37,021 nucleotides of DNA from DHVE2 group archaeon (GTDB lineage Archaea > Thermoplasmatota > Thermoplasmata > Thermoplasmatales > Aciduliprofundaceae). Below, one piece after another: positions 28,253 to 37,021 of the stretch (positions within the stretch are counted from its first letter, which is position 1; each line of letters starts with the position of its first letter). The position numbers and the translations under genes are program-made. The DNA lies in contig WALG01000111.1 of the NCBI GenBank assembly GCA_015522955.1, positions 1-37,021 of the forward strand, read 5' to 3'. The notes below the pieces were generated by a model. That model was not told the origin of the DNA and did no database searches. It was given only the letters and a program-made list of their open reading frames with translations.

Positions 28253-29476
28253 ATGAGTTCTGCAAGAATTTCCAGATTAAAATTGATGATTCTCCTGACT
28301 CTGTTTCTGACCACGGTCACCGGATACATTGCCAGAATGAGCATCTCTGTGGCTCTAAAATTCATAGCGATGGATTACGGATGGAACATTTCGCAGATTG
28401 GAAATCTTGGAGGCCTGCTCCTTGGAATTTTCTTGGTTGGCTATGGGATATCTAACATATTTTTGAGTCCTTTTATAGACAGGTTTGGAGCAAGGAATGT
28501 GCTGTTAATATCTATGATCTCCTGGTCTCTGACCCTTTTCTTAGCAGGTGCAGCGGGATATATTTATTCTATATTGTTTTTATCTCGATTTTTGCTGGGA
28601 CTGACCCAAGGAGTGCTCTTTCCCTCTGCAAACAAGGTCACTGCCTACTGGTTCACAGAGAGAGAAGGTGCCAGAGCAAGTTCTGTGTTTTTAAGCAGTG
28701 CTACCGTGGGCAACATGCTCACTCCACTGCTCCTCACTCCCCTGATTATAAGCATCTCATGGAGTTTTGCATTTTATTTTGCCGGGGCTTTGGGGCTTGC
28801 TCTGGTGCCCATGGTAGCAGTATTTATCAAGACTCCAGTTAAGGAAGAGCGTGCTAAAAAACTCGAGATTTGGCATTTATTTAAGAGCCTGCTCACAAAC
28901 AGAAACTTTGTAGGTGTGCTAGCAGGTTATATCTCAGGAGCAATTATATGGTGGGGCATAGGGCTCTGGCTTCCCACCTATCTAATGGATGCTCTAGGAG
29001 TATCCGCCAATCACCTATCTTATGCCGCGACCATCCCGTATCTGGGCGGACTTGTGGGACTGTTTCTGGCCTCTTGGATAAGTGATGTTACTGGAAAGCG
29101 AAAGAGCGTGGTGGTAATAAGTTTTTCTCTCAGTGCTGTATTTTTCATACTTCTAGCACTAATAGGAACCACTTCATGGATTCTGGCAGATGTGCTGTGC
29201 TTTATGATATTCTTCACCACTGATATGATGACTCCTGTATTTTTTGCAATGCTGCAGATCAGAGTGCCAAGGGAAATGGTAGGGTCTGCCACGGGTCTTA
29301 TGAATGGGATGGGAAACGGGTTTGGAGTGGTCGGACCCGTGCTGATAGGTGCTATATACGGAGCCACAGGTTCTTATTCTCTGGGTATGTTGTCCATGGG
29401 CATTATAGCCATTGTGGGAGTGTTGCTGTTCTACATTATATTCAGAGAAGAGGATAAGACACTTGTGAATGCATAA
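28253..29476 (+). CDS. MFS transporter
   Basis: About 12 TM helices, motif A-like DRFGAR and SDVTGKRK, YIARMSISVA, WF..RE.ARA. Confidence 0.9.
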   Translation: MSSARISRLKLMILLTLFLTTVTGYIARMSISVALKFIAMDYGWNISQIGNLGGLLLGIFLVGYGISNIFLSPFIDRFGARNVLLISMISWSLTLFLAGAAGYIYSILFLSRFLLGLTQGVLFPSANKVTAYWFTEREGARASSVFLSSATVGNMLTPLLLTPLIISISWSFAFYFAGALGLALVPMVAVFIKTPVKEERAKKLEIWHLFKSLLTNRNFVGVLAGYISGAIIWWGIGLWLPTYLMDALGVSANHLSYAATIPYLGGLVGLFLASWISDVTGKRKSVVVISFSLSAVFFILLALIGTTSWILADVLCFMIFFTTDMMTPVFFAMLQIRVPREMVGSATGLMNGMGNGFGVVGPVLIGAIYGATGSYSLGMLSMGIIAIVGVLLFYIIFREEDKTLVNA

Positions 29477-29520
29477 ACTCACCTAAACCCTTATATGCAG
29501 CCTCCGGGTTATCTGTATGG

Positions 29521-30189
29521 ATGGATAGAGTAATCAGTTTTGATTGTTATGGTACGATAATTGACTGGGAAACAGGGATAGTACAAGCATTGAGCGAGAT
29601 ATTTGCAAAGAGGGGAATCAGAGTGCAGAGAGAAGAGATGCTGAAACACTATGCTCAGGTAGAGGCAATGCTGGAAAAAGAGTATTGTTGCTACAAGGAT
29701 ATCTTGAGAAATTTGGTTGCTGAGATAGCACGAAGATATGGAATATACGTGACGGATAAGGAGAAAAACGTGCTTGTGGATAGTTTGCCTTCCTGGCCTG
29801 CCTTTTCAGATTCTAGAGACGCATTGCTCAAAATAAAAGAGAAGAATAAAATTGCCATAATCTCGAATATTGATAATGATCTTATTGTGAGGACGATAGA
29901 GAATCTTAGTGTAGAGTTCGATTTTGTGATAACTGCAGAGATGGTAAAAGCATACAAGCCTTCAGTGAAAGTATTCGAATATGCTTATAAGGTATTTGGC
30001 GTGCCAAAATCAAAATGGATTCATGCGGCACAGAGCGTATATCATGATATATTGCCAGCCAAAAAGTATGGAATTAAGGTTGTATGGATAAGAAGGCGTG
30101 GCTATGGTGCTACACTGCCTGTTGAGGGCAGTGCTGATCTGGTGTTTGAAAATCTGGAAGAACTATCCGAGTATTTAAGCGAGAAATGA
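29521..30189 (+). CDS. HAD-superfamily hydrolase (haloacid dehalogenase type II-like)
   Basis: FDCYGTIIDWE, ISNID, YKP and HAAQS.YHDI.PA motifs. CTTATA about 26 nt upstream. Confidence 0.88.
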   Translation: MDRVISFDCYGTIIDWETGIVQALSEIFAKRGIRVQREEMLKHYAQVEAMLEKEYCCYKDILRNLVAEIARRYGIYVTDKEKNVLVDSLPSWPAFSDSRDALLKIKEKNKIAIISNIDNDLIVRTIENLSVEFDFVITAEMVKAYKPSVKVFEYAYKVFGVPKSKWIHAAQSVYHDILPAKKYGIKVVWIRRRGYGATLPVEGSADLVFENLEELSEYLSEK

Positions 30190-30508
30190 TGCATGAAATC
30201 TGCATTGAAAATACGTGCAAAACTTATTCTCCATGATTTTTCGAGACGTTATAACTCAAAAAATAGATCTGAGTAGCCAAATAGTGAGAACATAGATGGA
30301 GTATATGGACACCTTAATAAAGGGTGATTAGGCGGTGTTAAATGATATAAAATATGGTAAAGATTACGGGCTGATGAAACTCCTGAGGATTCAATTTAAT
30401 TTTTGAAGTTTCTTGAGTGGTTGGCAATCTACCTGACAATTATAGAATTTTTGCAAAATGGTGAGTATAAACACGAGGTATAAAATAGTATGAATGTTAT
30501 AGAATAGC

Positions 30509-33001
30509 ATGGAGGGAACTAAGAGTAAGTTGATTGTTCCCATCTTGGTTATGGTGATGCTAATTTTTTCATCACTAATAACTCTGGGAGGAGGAGCAAA
30601 TGGTAACGAAATAAAGAATTCGGCTATGGCAGATTATAGGCAGATACTTTTCATCTATGATAATACCACGCTTGCTGGAGAGTGGATGGATTATCTGGAT
30701 GGTTTGGGCTATCATATGGTAAATTTTCTGCCATACAATATGACCAGAAATGTAGAGTATGAGGATTATGCGCTCATCATAATTGGTACCGATTCCCACG
30801 CGGTGAATCCTGTGGACCTGAAGATTATGCTAAGGTCTCATATACCTATCTTGGGTGCGGGATATGGGGGTATATATGCCTATGCAAGTATGGGATACCC
30901 TGCTAACTATGCCATCTATTCAACCAATCAACTGGTGGTGAAGAAAAACCTGTCTGTTTACAATACACCCCATCAAATAGCAGGGGTGCCTGGCACTTTA
31001 ACATTATTCGATAACTCTGCATCTCGCATGTATCTGGGAAGAAAATCAAGTTTGAATGATAATCAGTCACTGTGCATGGGATTTTACTATAACAATCTTG
31101 ATTATGCACCAATAATTCAGATTAAAAATTTTGTGCTATTCGGATATACACAGAGTCCTGCACATCTCACCAGTGATGGAGACAATCTCCTGAGCAATCT
31201 TATTCATTATACATACTATTATTATGCCATGAATGTACCCATTACCAAGGCTCAATACAAGATTACCACTGATGGAACACCCTACATATCCGAATGGTAT
31301 CCATCCATGAAAGTACCAGTGGAGCATTACAGTTATGTGTCGATGGTTGAAGATCCAGATTATCTCTATATCTGGATACATATGACCAATTCAACATACT
31401 CCAACGATTTTGTGGATGTATGGTTCGAAAGAGATAACAACAGAACGGTGGGGATAGACACCTCTGTGTTCTATATCGTCTTTGAAGAATATTATGGCCT
31501 ATCTTACAGGGAGGCAAATGGTTATAATTCCTGGAGTTCGTTTAAGAGATTTGACGGTATTAATTTTGCAGGTAATGCAACCTACACGTCGTCGCATATG
31601 GATGCTGAGATTCGCGTATCCAAGCACTATCTGGGAATAGCCCGTGGAAGTAACAATATTATGGGGTTTGGAGTAATGTACCAGTTAAACGGAGTTATAG
31701 GGGCCTATCCCAACACATTCTCCTGGCAAGATGCGCAAACAGCCATTACCACTTACTCAGAGTATAACTGGAATGGAGAACTCAATTATCTAAACTCAAA
31801 GAGATGGGCATCTATAAATGTAGATGGGCTCTATAATGGTGATGAATGGCTTGGTGCGAGTCATTATCCACTTAAAATGTATGAGGATGGAAATCCATAC
31901 CAGATTAATGTATGTCATGACAGCAACAATCTGTATATTGGTGGATACATACCTAATGCAACAGGCTCTTATTCAAGTATATACCTATACTTTGACACCA
32001 ACGGTGATGGCGGTGCTGCACCTCACACTGATGATTTTGAAATATGGGGTGGCAAAAGCTCATCGGGTACCTTTACTGTCTCAGAGCATTACGGAACAGG
32101 CACTGGATGGGGGACTGTGCAAACTCTCACAAATGCGGATATGAAATTCAAAATGAGAGCAACCTCAGTGCATTTTGAACTGAGAATATCTTTTTCAAAA
32201 CTTGGAATAACTCCGGACAGTTATAAAGAGATAAGAATGCAGATAGCCCTGAATATAGCAGGTGCTGTGAATAGAATACCCAGAGATGCACAGCATACGG
32301 TTCCAGATACCTGGAATCTGGTACTGTATTCACAGGCTCTCTGGGACACGGATCAGATGACCATGGATGCTCGAGAGGGGTACTCTGTAAATGTTGATGG
32401 AGATCTTTACGAATGGAGCGATTCATCGTTCTTCTACAAAGCACCCACACCCATGGGAAAACACATAACCGTGCTCGTGAAGCATGATGCAGAGCATTTG
32501 ATAATTGGATTACGCTACATAAAGCCCAATGATGCAGGAAACACTAATCTTCAACTGGGCTTTGATGTGGGTCATAATGGAGGATCTCCAGAAACCAGAG
32601 ATTTTGTGATTATGATCTATCATCAGGGAAGCGCAAGAGAGTTTCAAGGAGATCCGAGCACTGGATGGTGGAGCGAGGTTGCACCCTCTGGATGGAACTA
32701 CGCTATGGACAATTCATCCACCACAGGATGGACCGTGGAGATTGCTATAGAGTACAGCAAACTTGGTATCACATCCGAAATGCCGTTACAGATTGGATTT
32801 ATATTATACATGTATGAGGATAGTGTTGGCTATTCTCTCTTTCCTGTGGGCGGTATGTTTGGAGATTTGAGCACATGGAATACCATAACCTCCTCGGATA
32901 ACTGGGGAGAAGAGGTCATTCCTGAGTTTGGAACATTGGGAGTCATAATACTTGGCACTGTTGTCGCAGCCATGGTTATTATGAAAAGAAGAAAAACATA
33001 G
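30509..33001 (+). CDS. Secreted surface protein with three DOMON/CBM9-like repeats and a PEF-CTERM archaeosortase signal
   Basis: Signal peptide; three repeats starting ITTDG..SEW, INVDG..DEW and VNVDG..YEW, each with D..LYI, FD.. and E..I....LGI; C-terminal IPEF + TM + KRRK. Confidence 0.72.
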   Translation: MEGTKSKLIVPILVMVMLIFSSLITLGGGANGNEIKNSAMADYRQILFIYDNTTLAGEWMDYLDGLGYHMVNFLPYNMTRNVEYEDYALIIIGTDSHAVNPVDLKIMLRSHIPILGAGYGGIYAYASMGYPANYAIYSTNQLVVKKNLSVYNTPHQIAGVPGTLTLFDNSASRMYLGRKSSLNDNQSLCMGFYYNNLDYAPIIQIKNFVLFGYTQSPAHLTSDGDNLLSNLIHYTYYYYAMNVPITKAQYKITTDGTPYISEWYPSMKVPVEHYSYVSMVEDPDYLYIWIHMTNSTYSNDFVDVWFERDNNRTVGIDTSVFYIVFEEYYGLSYREANGYNSWSSFKRFDGINFAGNATYTSSHMDAEIRVSKHYLGIARGSNNIMGFGVMYQLNGVIGAYPNTFSWQDAQTAITTYSEYNWNGELNYLNSKRWASINVDGLYNGDEWLGASHYPLKMYEDGNPYQINVCHDSNNLYIGGYIPNATGSYSSIYLYFDTNGDGGAAPHTDDFEIWGGKSSSGTFTVSEHYGTGTGWGTVQTLTNADMKFKMRATSVHFELRISFSKLGITPDSYKEIRMQIALNIAGAVNRIPRDAQHTVPDTWNLVLYSQALWDTDQMTMDAREGYSVNVDGDLYEWSDSSFFYKAPTPMGKHITVLVKHDAEHLIIGLRYIKPNDAGNTNLQLGFDVGHNGGSPETRDFVIMIYHQGSAREFQGDPSTGWWSEVAPSGWNYAMDNSSTTGWTVEIAIEYSKLGITSEMPLQIGFILYMYEDSVGYSLFPVGGMFGDLSTWNTITSSDNWGEEVIPEFGTLGVIILGTVVAAMVIMKRRKT

Positions 33002-33090
33002 TTCTCTCTTCCAATTTTTATGCGCTTATTGAGTATGCTAATTTTAAAGAGAGCAAAAAGATTATAATTCACAAGGCAATGCGGATAAGA

Positions 33091-33175
33091 GCAGGGGTTA
33101 CCGAGCCAGGTCAAAGGTGCGGGATTTAGGGTCCCGTCCCGTAGGGGTTCGAGGGTTCGAATCCCTCCCCCTGCA
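33091..33175 (+). tRNA. tRNA-Leu(UAG)
   Basis: GCAGGGG..CGGGA TT TAG GG TCCCG, long variable arm, GAGGG TTCGAAT CCCTC CCCCTGC A. Upstream AAAAAG-ATTATAA promoter. Confidence 0.95.
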
Positions 33176-33289
33176 TCCCCTTAAGTATACGGGCAAAATA
33201 ACTACTACCCACAGCGCTACGGAATGATTATGTACTGATTTTCATTTACACTTTAATTTTAACCCGACTAAAATTTAACTTCGCTTCAT

Positions 33290-33454
33290 GCCTCTCCAGA
33301 AAAGGTAGAGCGCGGATTGAGGTCTTTCATAGAGAAATACTCACCCGAAACCGCAGTAATTGTTTCCTATATGGGAGAGGGAGGAGAGAGAAAGATAAAT
33401 AATACAGATGTGGTGTTTGAGAATTTGATGGAACTCTGGTATTTATTAGCATAG
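33290..33454 (+). pseudogene. Probable 3' remnant of an AAA+/DUF4143-type ATP-binding protein gene
   Basis: Open frame reads ASPEKVERGLRSFIEKYSPETAVIVSYMGEGGERKINNTDVVFENLMELWYLLA*, bounded upstream by TAA at 33269. It resembles DUF4143 protein C-termini (by recall, no search). Confidence 0.45.
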
Positions 33455-33605
33455 ATTGCCTTTGCTACACTATTTAACTTTTTTAGTAGCCTTAAAAATC
33501 GTTATTCTTGCCTGATTCTATAAATGTGTTTGCATTTACCACGCATCGGAGGTTCAATATCTTCTTAGAGAGAAATTTAAATAAAGATAGAGAGATATAA
33601 GATCC

Positions 33606-34376
33606 ATGCTCACCCTCGTTGGCCTAGGACTCTATGATGAGAAAGACATAAGTATGCGCGGCTATCAGGCAGTGCGCAGCGCAGATATGGTTTTTGCAGA
33701 GTTCTATACCTCCCGTCTTATTGGGACAGAACTGCATAGCATGGAGGAGTTTTTTGGAAAAAGAATAACCGTGTTGAGCAGAGAGGATGTTGAGAATGGC
33801 GAAATGCTCATTGAGGCAGCGAGAGACAAGAGTGTTGTGCTCCTCGTTGCAGGAGATCCTTTAACTGCCACAACACACATATCGCTGCGTATTATGGCTC
33901 AGGAGCGAGGAGTAGAAACCCGGATTATTCATGGAGCATCCATAAGCACTGCAGGTCCCGGACTGTTGGGCCTGCAGCACTACAAATTTGGCAGGATAGT
34001 ATCTATACCCTATCCTCAAGATAACTACTTTCCCACCAGTGCCTATGATTTCATATATAGTAATTACAAACTTGGGCTGCATACACTCATACTTCTCGAT
34101 ATCAATCCCGAGCCCATGACTGCAAATCAGGCAATGCAAATATTGCTTGAGATGGAAAAAATAAAGCGCAAAAATCTTATCAAATCTCGCTCGCTTATAG
34201 GTGTGGTTGCAAGAGCAGGTTCTCCAAATCCCACAGTGCGTGCAGGATACCTTGGGGATTTAATCGATGAGGATTTTGGGTCACCCCTTCACACACTGGT
34301 ATTCATCGGGAAACTGCATTTTGCCGAGGCTGAGGCGCTTGTGAAACTTGCACATGCCCCTCCCGAGATTCTTTAA
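33606..34376 (+). CDS. dph5: Diphthine synthase
   Basis: VGLGL, AEFYTS, GDPL.ATTH, GLQHYKFGR, LHTLILLD and DFG.PLH motifs. Confidence 0.95.
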   Translation: MLTLVGLGLYDEKDISMRGYQAVRSADMVFAEFYTSRLIGTELHSMEEFFGKRITVLSREDVENGEMLIEAARDKSVVLLVAGDPLTATTHISLRIMAQERGVETRIIHGASISTAGPGLLGLQHYKFGRIVSIPYPQDNYFPTSAYDFIYSNYKLGLHTLILLDINPEPMTANQAMQILLEMEKIKRKNLIKSRSLIGVVARAGSPNPTVRAGYLGDLIDEDFGSPLHTLVFIGKLHFAEAEALVKLAHAPPEIL

Positions 34377-34456
34377 GGCTAAACTCCAAAATTATTTTAT
34401 ACCATAAGGTTTTTCGTGAACTGCCTATGATTGACTAAATGAAGGAGGTATAAAAA

Positions 34457-34822
34457 ATGGGAGCAATATATGTAAGATTTGAAGTTCCAAAGGAACTTCA
34501 GGATAAACTCTACAGTGCTGTAGAACTATCCCACGAGACTGGCAAAATAAGAAAGGGAACCAACGAAGTTACAAAGGTAGTTGAACGTGGCAATGCAAAG
34601 TTTGTGGTCATTGCGGAAGATGTTAATCCCCCCGAGATAGTAGCACATCTACCGCTTCTGTGCGAAGAAAAGGGCATACCCTATGGCTACGTTGCAAGCA
34701 AGCAGGAACTTGGAAAGAGAGTGGGCCTAAAGAGTGCAGCATCTGTGGGCATCTTGGATTTTGGAAAATCCGAAGAGGCGTTCAAGGAAATCATCGAGCA
34801 AATCAACTCACTCAAAAAATGA
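34457..34822 (+). CDS. rpl7ae: 50S ribosomal protein L7Ae
   Basis: [12 protein letters not shown] and [17 protein letters not shown] motifs. Confidence 0.97.
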   Translation: MGAIYVRFEVPKELQDKLYSAVELSHETGKIRKGTNEVTKVVERGNAKFVVIAEDVNPPEIVAHLPLLCEEKGIPYGYVASKQELGKRVGLKSAASVGILDFGKSEEAFKEIIEQINSLKK

Positions 34823-34833
34823 AGGTGATTTAG

Positions 34834-35043
34834 ATGGTAGATGAAGCGACTCCAGCGGAAGTTGTCGAGATTATGGGGAGAACAGGGATGACTGGTGAGG
34901 TTACCCAGGTCAAGGTTCGCGTTCTGGAGGGTCGGGACAAGGGCAGAATTCTGACTCGCAATGTTATGGGACCCGTCCGCATTGGCGATATACTGATGCT
35001 CCGTGAGACTGCTAGAGAGGCCAGAAAACTTGAGGCCAGGTGA
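34834..35043 (+). CDS. rps28e: 30S ribosomal protein S28e
   Basis: GRTG..GEVTQV and RNV.GPVR.GDIL.LRET.REAR motifs. Confidence 0.97.
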   Translation: MVDEATPAEVVEIMGRTGMTGEVTQVKVRVLEGRDKGRILTRNVMGPVRIGDILMLRETAREARKLEAR

Positions 35044-35048
35044 TTACA

Positions 35049-35300
35049 ATGCCTTACAAGAGAGTTTGTGCCTTTTGCGGCCGTGAGATAGAACCCGGGA
35101 CTGGAAAGATGTACGTTACCAGAGATGGTCGTGTTTACTATTTCTGCAGCAGCAAGTGCCAGAAAAATATGCTTAAACTTGGCAGAATCCCGAGAAAGAT
35201 AAGATGGACCGAAGCATACAGAAAGGAGAAGACTGTGAGACTGCATCTTTTGCAGAGGCGAGGGAATGAGGGAAAGAACACTGGTATTGCTAAAGCCTGA
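35049..35300 (+). CDS. rpl24e: 50S ribosomal protein L24e
   Basis: CAFCG..IEPGTG.MYV..DG...FCSSKC and PRK..WT motifs. Confidence 0.95.
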   Translation: MPYKRVCAFCGREIEPGTGKMYVTRDGRVYYFCSSKCQKNMLKLGRIPRKIRWTEAYRKEKTVRLHLLQRRGNEGKNTGIAKA

Positions 35301-35712
35301 TGCTCTCCACCGTCGCTTGGTAGGCGAGATTATATTGCGATTCGAAAAAAAGGGACTGAAGATTGTGGCAATGAAGATGCTCTGGGTCAGTAGAGAACTT
35401 GCAGAGAAGCATTACAAAGTGCATAAGGGCAAGCCATTCTACGAGAGCCTTCTTGACTACATAACCTCGGGGCCTATCATAGCCATGGTTCTCGAGGGTG
35501 AGAGCGCTATAAAAGTAGTGCGCAACCTTATGGGTAAGACCAACGGTGTGGAGGCCGCACCTGGCACGATACGCGGAGATTATTCAGTAAGCATACAGAA
35601 TAACCTAGTTCACGGTTCAGACTCGCCTGAAAGTGCAGAGCGTGAGATTTCGTTATTCTTCAAGCCCCAAGAGATTCTGGAGTACAGACTTGTTGACGAA
35701 GTCTGGATTTGA
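35266..35712 (+). CDS. ndk: Nucleoside diphosphate kinase
   Basis: ERTLVLLKPD, PGTIRGD and NLVHGSDS motifs. Confidence 0.97.
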   Translation: MRERTLVLLKPDALHRRLVGEIILRFEKKGLKIVAMKMLWVSRELAEKHYKVHKGKPFYESLLDYITSGPIIAMVLEGESAIKVVRNLMGKTNGVEAAPGTIRGDYSVSIQNNLVHGSDSPESAEREISLFFKPQEILEYRLVDEVWI

Positions 35713-36945
35713 ATGTACACAGAAAGAGATATTGGCATCTATTCTTTTTTATCTACTACCCCAGGTATTGGGGGCAAATTGAGAAAGAACATTGATGATT
35801 TTTACGTTGAAGAGATACCCATCGATATTCCTAAAAATCCAGCAGGCAAACATCTCTGCCTCAGAGTAAGATTGCGAAACTGGGAAACTAACAGATTTGT
35901 TAAAATTTTGAGCAAGCATCTGGGTATAAGCAGGCGTCGCATAAGATTTGCAGGAAACAAGGATAAGAGGGCCATCACGGTGCAGTATTTCTGCATAATG
36001 AATTATAAAGGCAAGGTATCAATCAATATGAAGGATGTAGAGATTATAGATGCATTTCGCACAGATTATATACTCCACATTGGAGATTTGCTGGGCAATC
36101 GATTCGATGTGCTCATAAGCGATACAACATGTAATGATAGAGTTACCCGGATAGAGGAAGAACTTGCGGGCATGTTCCCCAACTTTTTTGGAGTGCAGAG
36201 GTTTGGAGCATCGCGGCCCGTAACACATATTGTAGGCAAGCACATAATTCGCGGCCAGTACGACGAGGCTGTGAGATACTATATAGGCTATCCCTCCTCG
36301 TTTGAGGAGGATGAAGGCCGCAGGATATTCTTCGAAACTCTTGATGCCAGAGAGGCTATAAAGAACATATCGCTCATAGCGGAGTATGAGCGTGCACTAC
36401 TCAATCATCTAATTACAAATCCTAGAGATTACATTGGTGCCCTCCGCAAATTGCCCGAGAATTTACTGCTTCTCTTTGTGCATGGGTATCAGGCATACAT
36501 ATTCAACAGAATACTGAGCGAAAGATTGAGAATGGACATGGACCTTAGAGTTGGAGATATCGTTATGAAAGTAGATTCTCACATGCTTCCTGCGCAGGAG
36601 TTTGTGACTGTGGACTCGTTCAATATCGATACTCTACGAAAAAGAGTGGGGGAGAGAAAAGCGTACTTATCCACCATACTGCCAGGATATGCAACCACAT
36701 GGAGTGATGGGCTACAAGGGGAGATTGAGCGCAAAATCATGGAGGAGGAGGGCGTAAGTTTCAGAGATTTTAGAATTAAGGAGATGTCAGAACTTAGTTC
36801 CAAGGGGCGGAGGAGAAATATGCTCTCTCCAATCTTAGATTATTGGCGGGAGGGTTGCGAATTTCACTTTACTCTGCATCCGGGCTCATATGCCACCTCA
36901 CTTCTTCGAGAGTTTATGAAAAGTGAGGATTTACAGTATTACTGA
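35713..36945 (+). CDS. truD: tRNA pseudouridine(13) synthase TruD/Pus7
   Basis: DFYVEEI, AGNKDKRAITVQ, GNRF, PNFFG.QRFG and GSYAT.LLRE motifs. Confidence 0.95.
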   Translation: MYTERDIGIYSFLSTTPGIGGKLRKNIDDFYVEEIPIDIPKNPAGKHLCLRVRLRNWETNRFVKILSKHLGISRRRIRFAGNKDKRAITVQYFCIMNYKGKVSINMKDVEIIDAFRTDYILHIGDLLGNRFDVLISDTTCNDRVTRIEEELAGMFPNFFGVQRFGASRPVTHIVGKHIIRGQYDEAVRYYIGYPSSFEEDEGRRIFFETLDAREAIKNISLIAEYERALLNHLITNPRDYIGALRKLPENLLLLFVHGYQAYIFNRILSERLRMDMDLRVGDIVMKVDSHMLPAQEFVTVDSFNIDTLRKRVGERKAYLSTILPGYATTWSDGLQGEIERKIMEEEGVSFRDFRIKEMSELSSKGRRRNMLSPILDYWREGCEFHFTLHPGSYATSLLREFMKSEDLQYY

Positions 36946-37021
36946 GTCAAACCTTTTCGAGAGAAGAACCTTCGAAAATATGGCCGTCTTTTAAATGGTA
37001 ATTTTTTCCAAAATCTTTAAA

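Noticed and set aside
30291..30387. Fluoride riboswitch or hammerhead ribozyme (GATGGAGT...GCTGATGAAACTCCTG)
   Set aside because: P1 pairs poorly, two extra As break the UGAUGACUCC consensus, the spacing is long, and no fluoride-related gene follows. There is no stem II-GAAA for a hammerhead.
33407..33454. Duplicate of the HAD gene 3' end (DVVFENLMEL vs DLVFENLEEL)
   Set aside because: The similarity covers only about 10 codons and the upstream frame does not resemble the HAD. A DUF4143-like remnant fits better.

Overview
This is an archaeal chromosomal window. GatDE, PriL, L7Ae/S28e/L24e, GGTGA-type Shine-Dalgarno motifs and TATA boxes mark it as archaeal. Gene content resembles a thermophilic Thermoplasmatota lineage such as Aciduliprofundum/DHVE2, which is an inference. 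In order it holds: gatDE; a ~1590-aa membrane-anchored gingipain-like (C25) protease with CARDB/CUB/Ig domains and a coiled-coil stalk; AK6-type adenylate kinase; a CDP-alcohol phosphatidyltransferase; priL directly downstream of an intron-containing tRNA-His(GUG); a carboxyltransferase with no biotinyl domain plus a DUF1614-like gene; a minus-strand operon of a CBS+HPF-like hibernation-factor candidate with tldD and pmbA; a complete 13-gene Mbx/MBS membrane-bound sulfane sulfur reductase operon; an IPK-like kinase paired with a phytol/dolichol-kinase-like gene; DUF5611, YbaK, MFS and HAD genes; a PEF-CTERM surface protein; tRNA-Leu(UAG) followed by a gene remnant; dph5; and rpl7ae-rps28e-rpl24e-ndk-truD. 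I saw no CRISPR array, integrase or IS element. The best leads are the hibernation-factor/TldDE operon, the spliced tRNA-His/priL unit, the prenol-salvage kinase pair, the MBS operon and the stalked protease. All family calls come from motif recognition, with no database searches.
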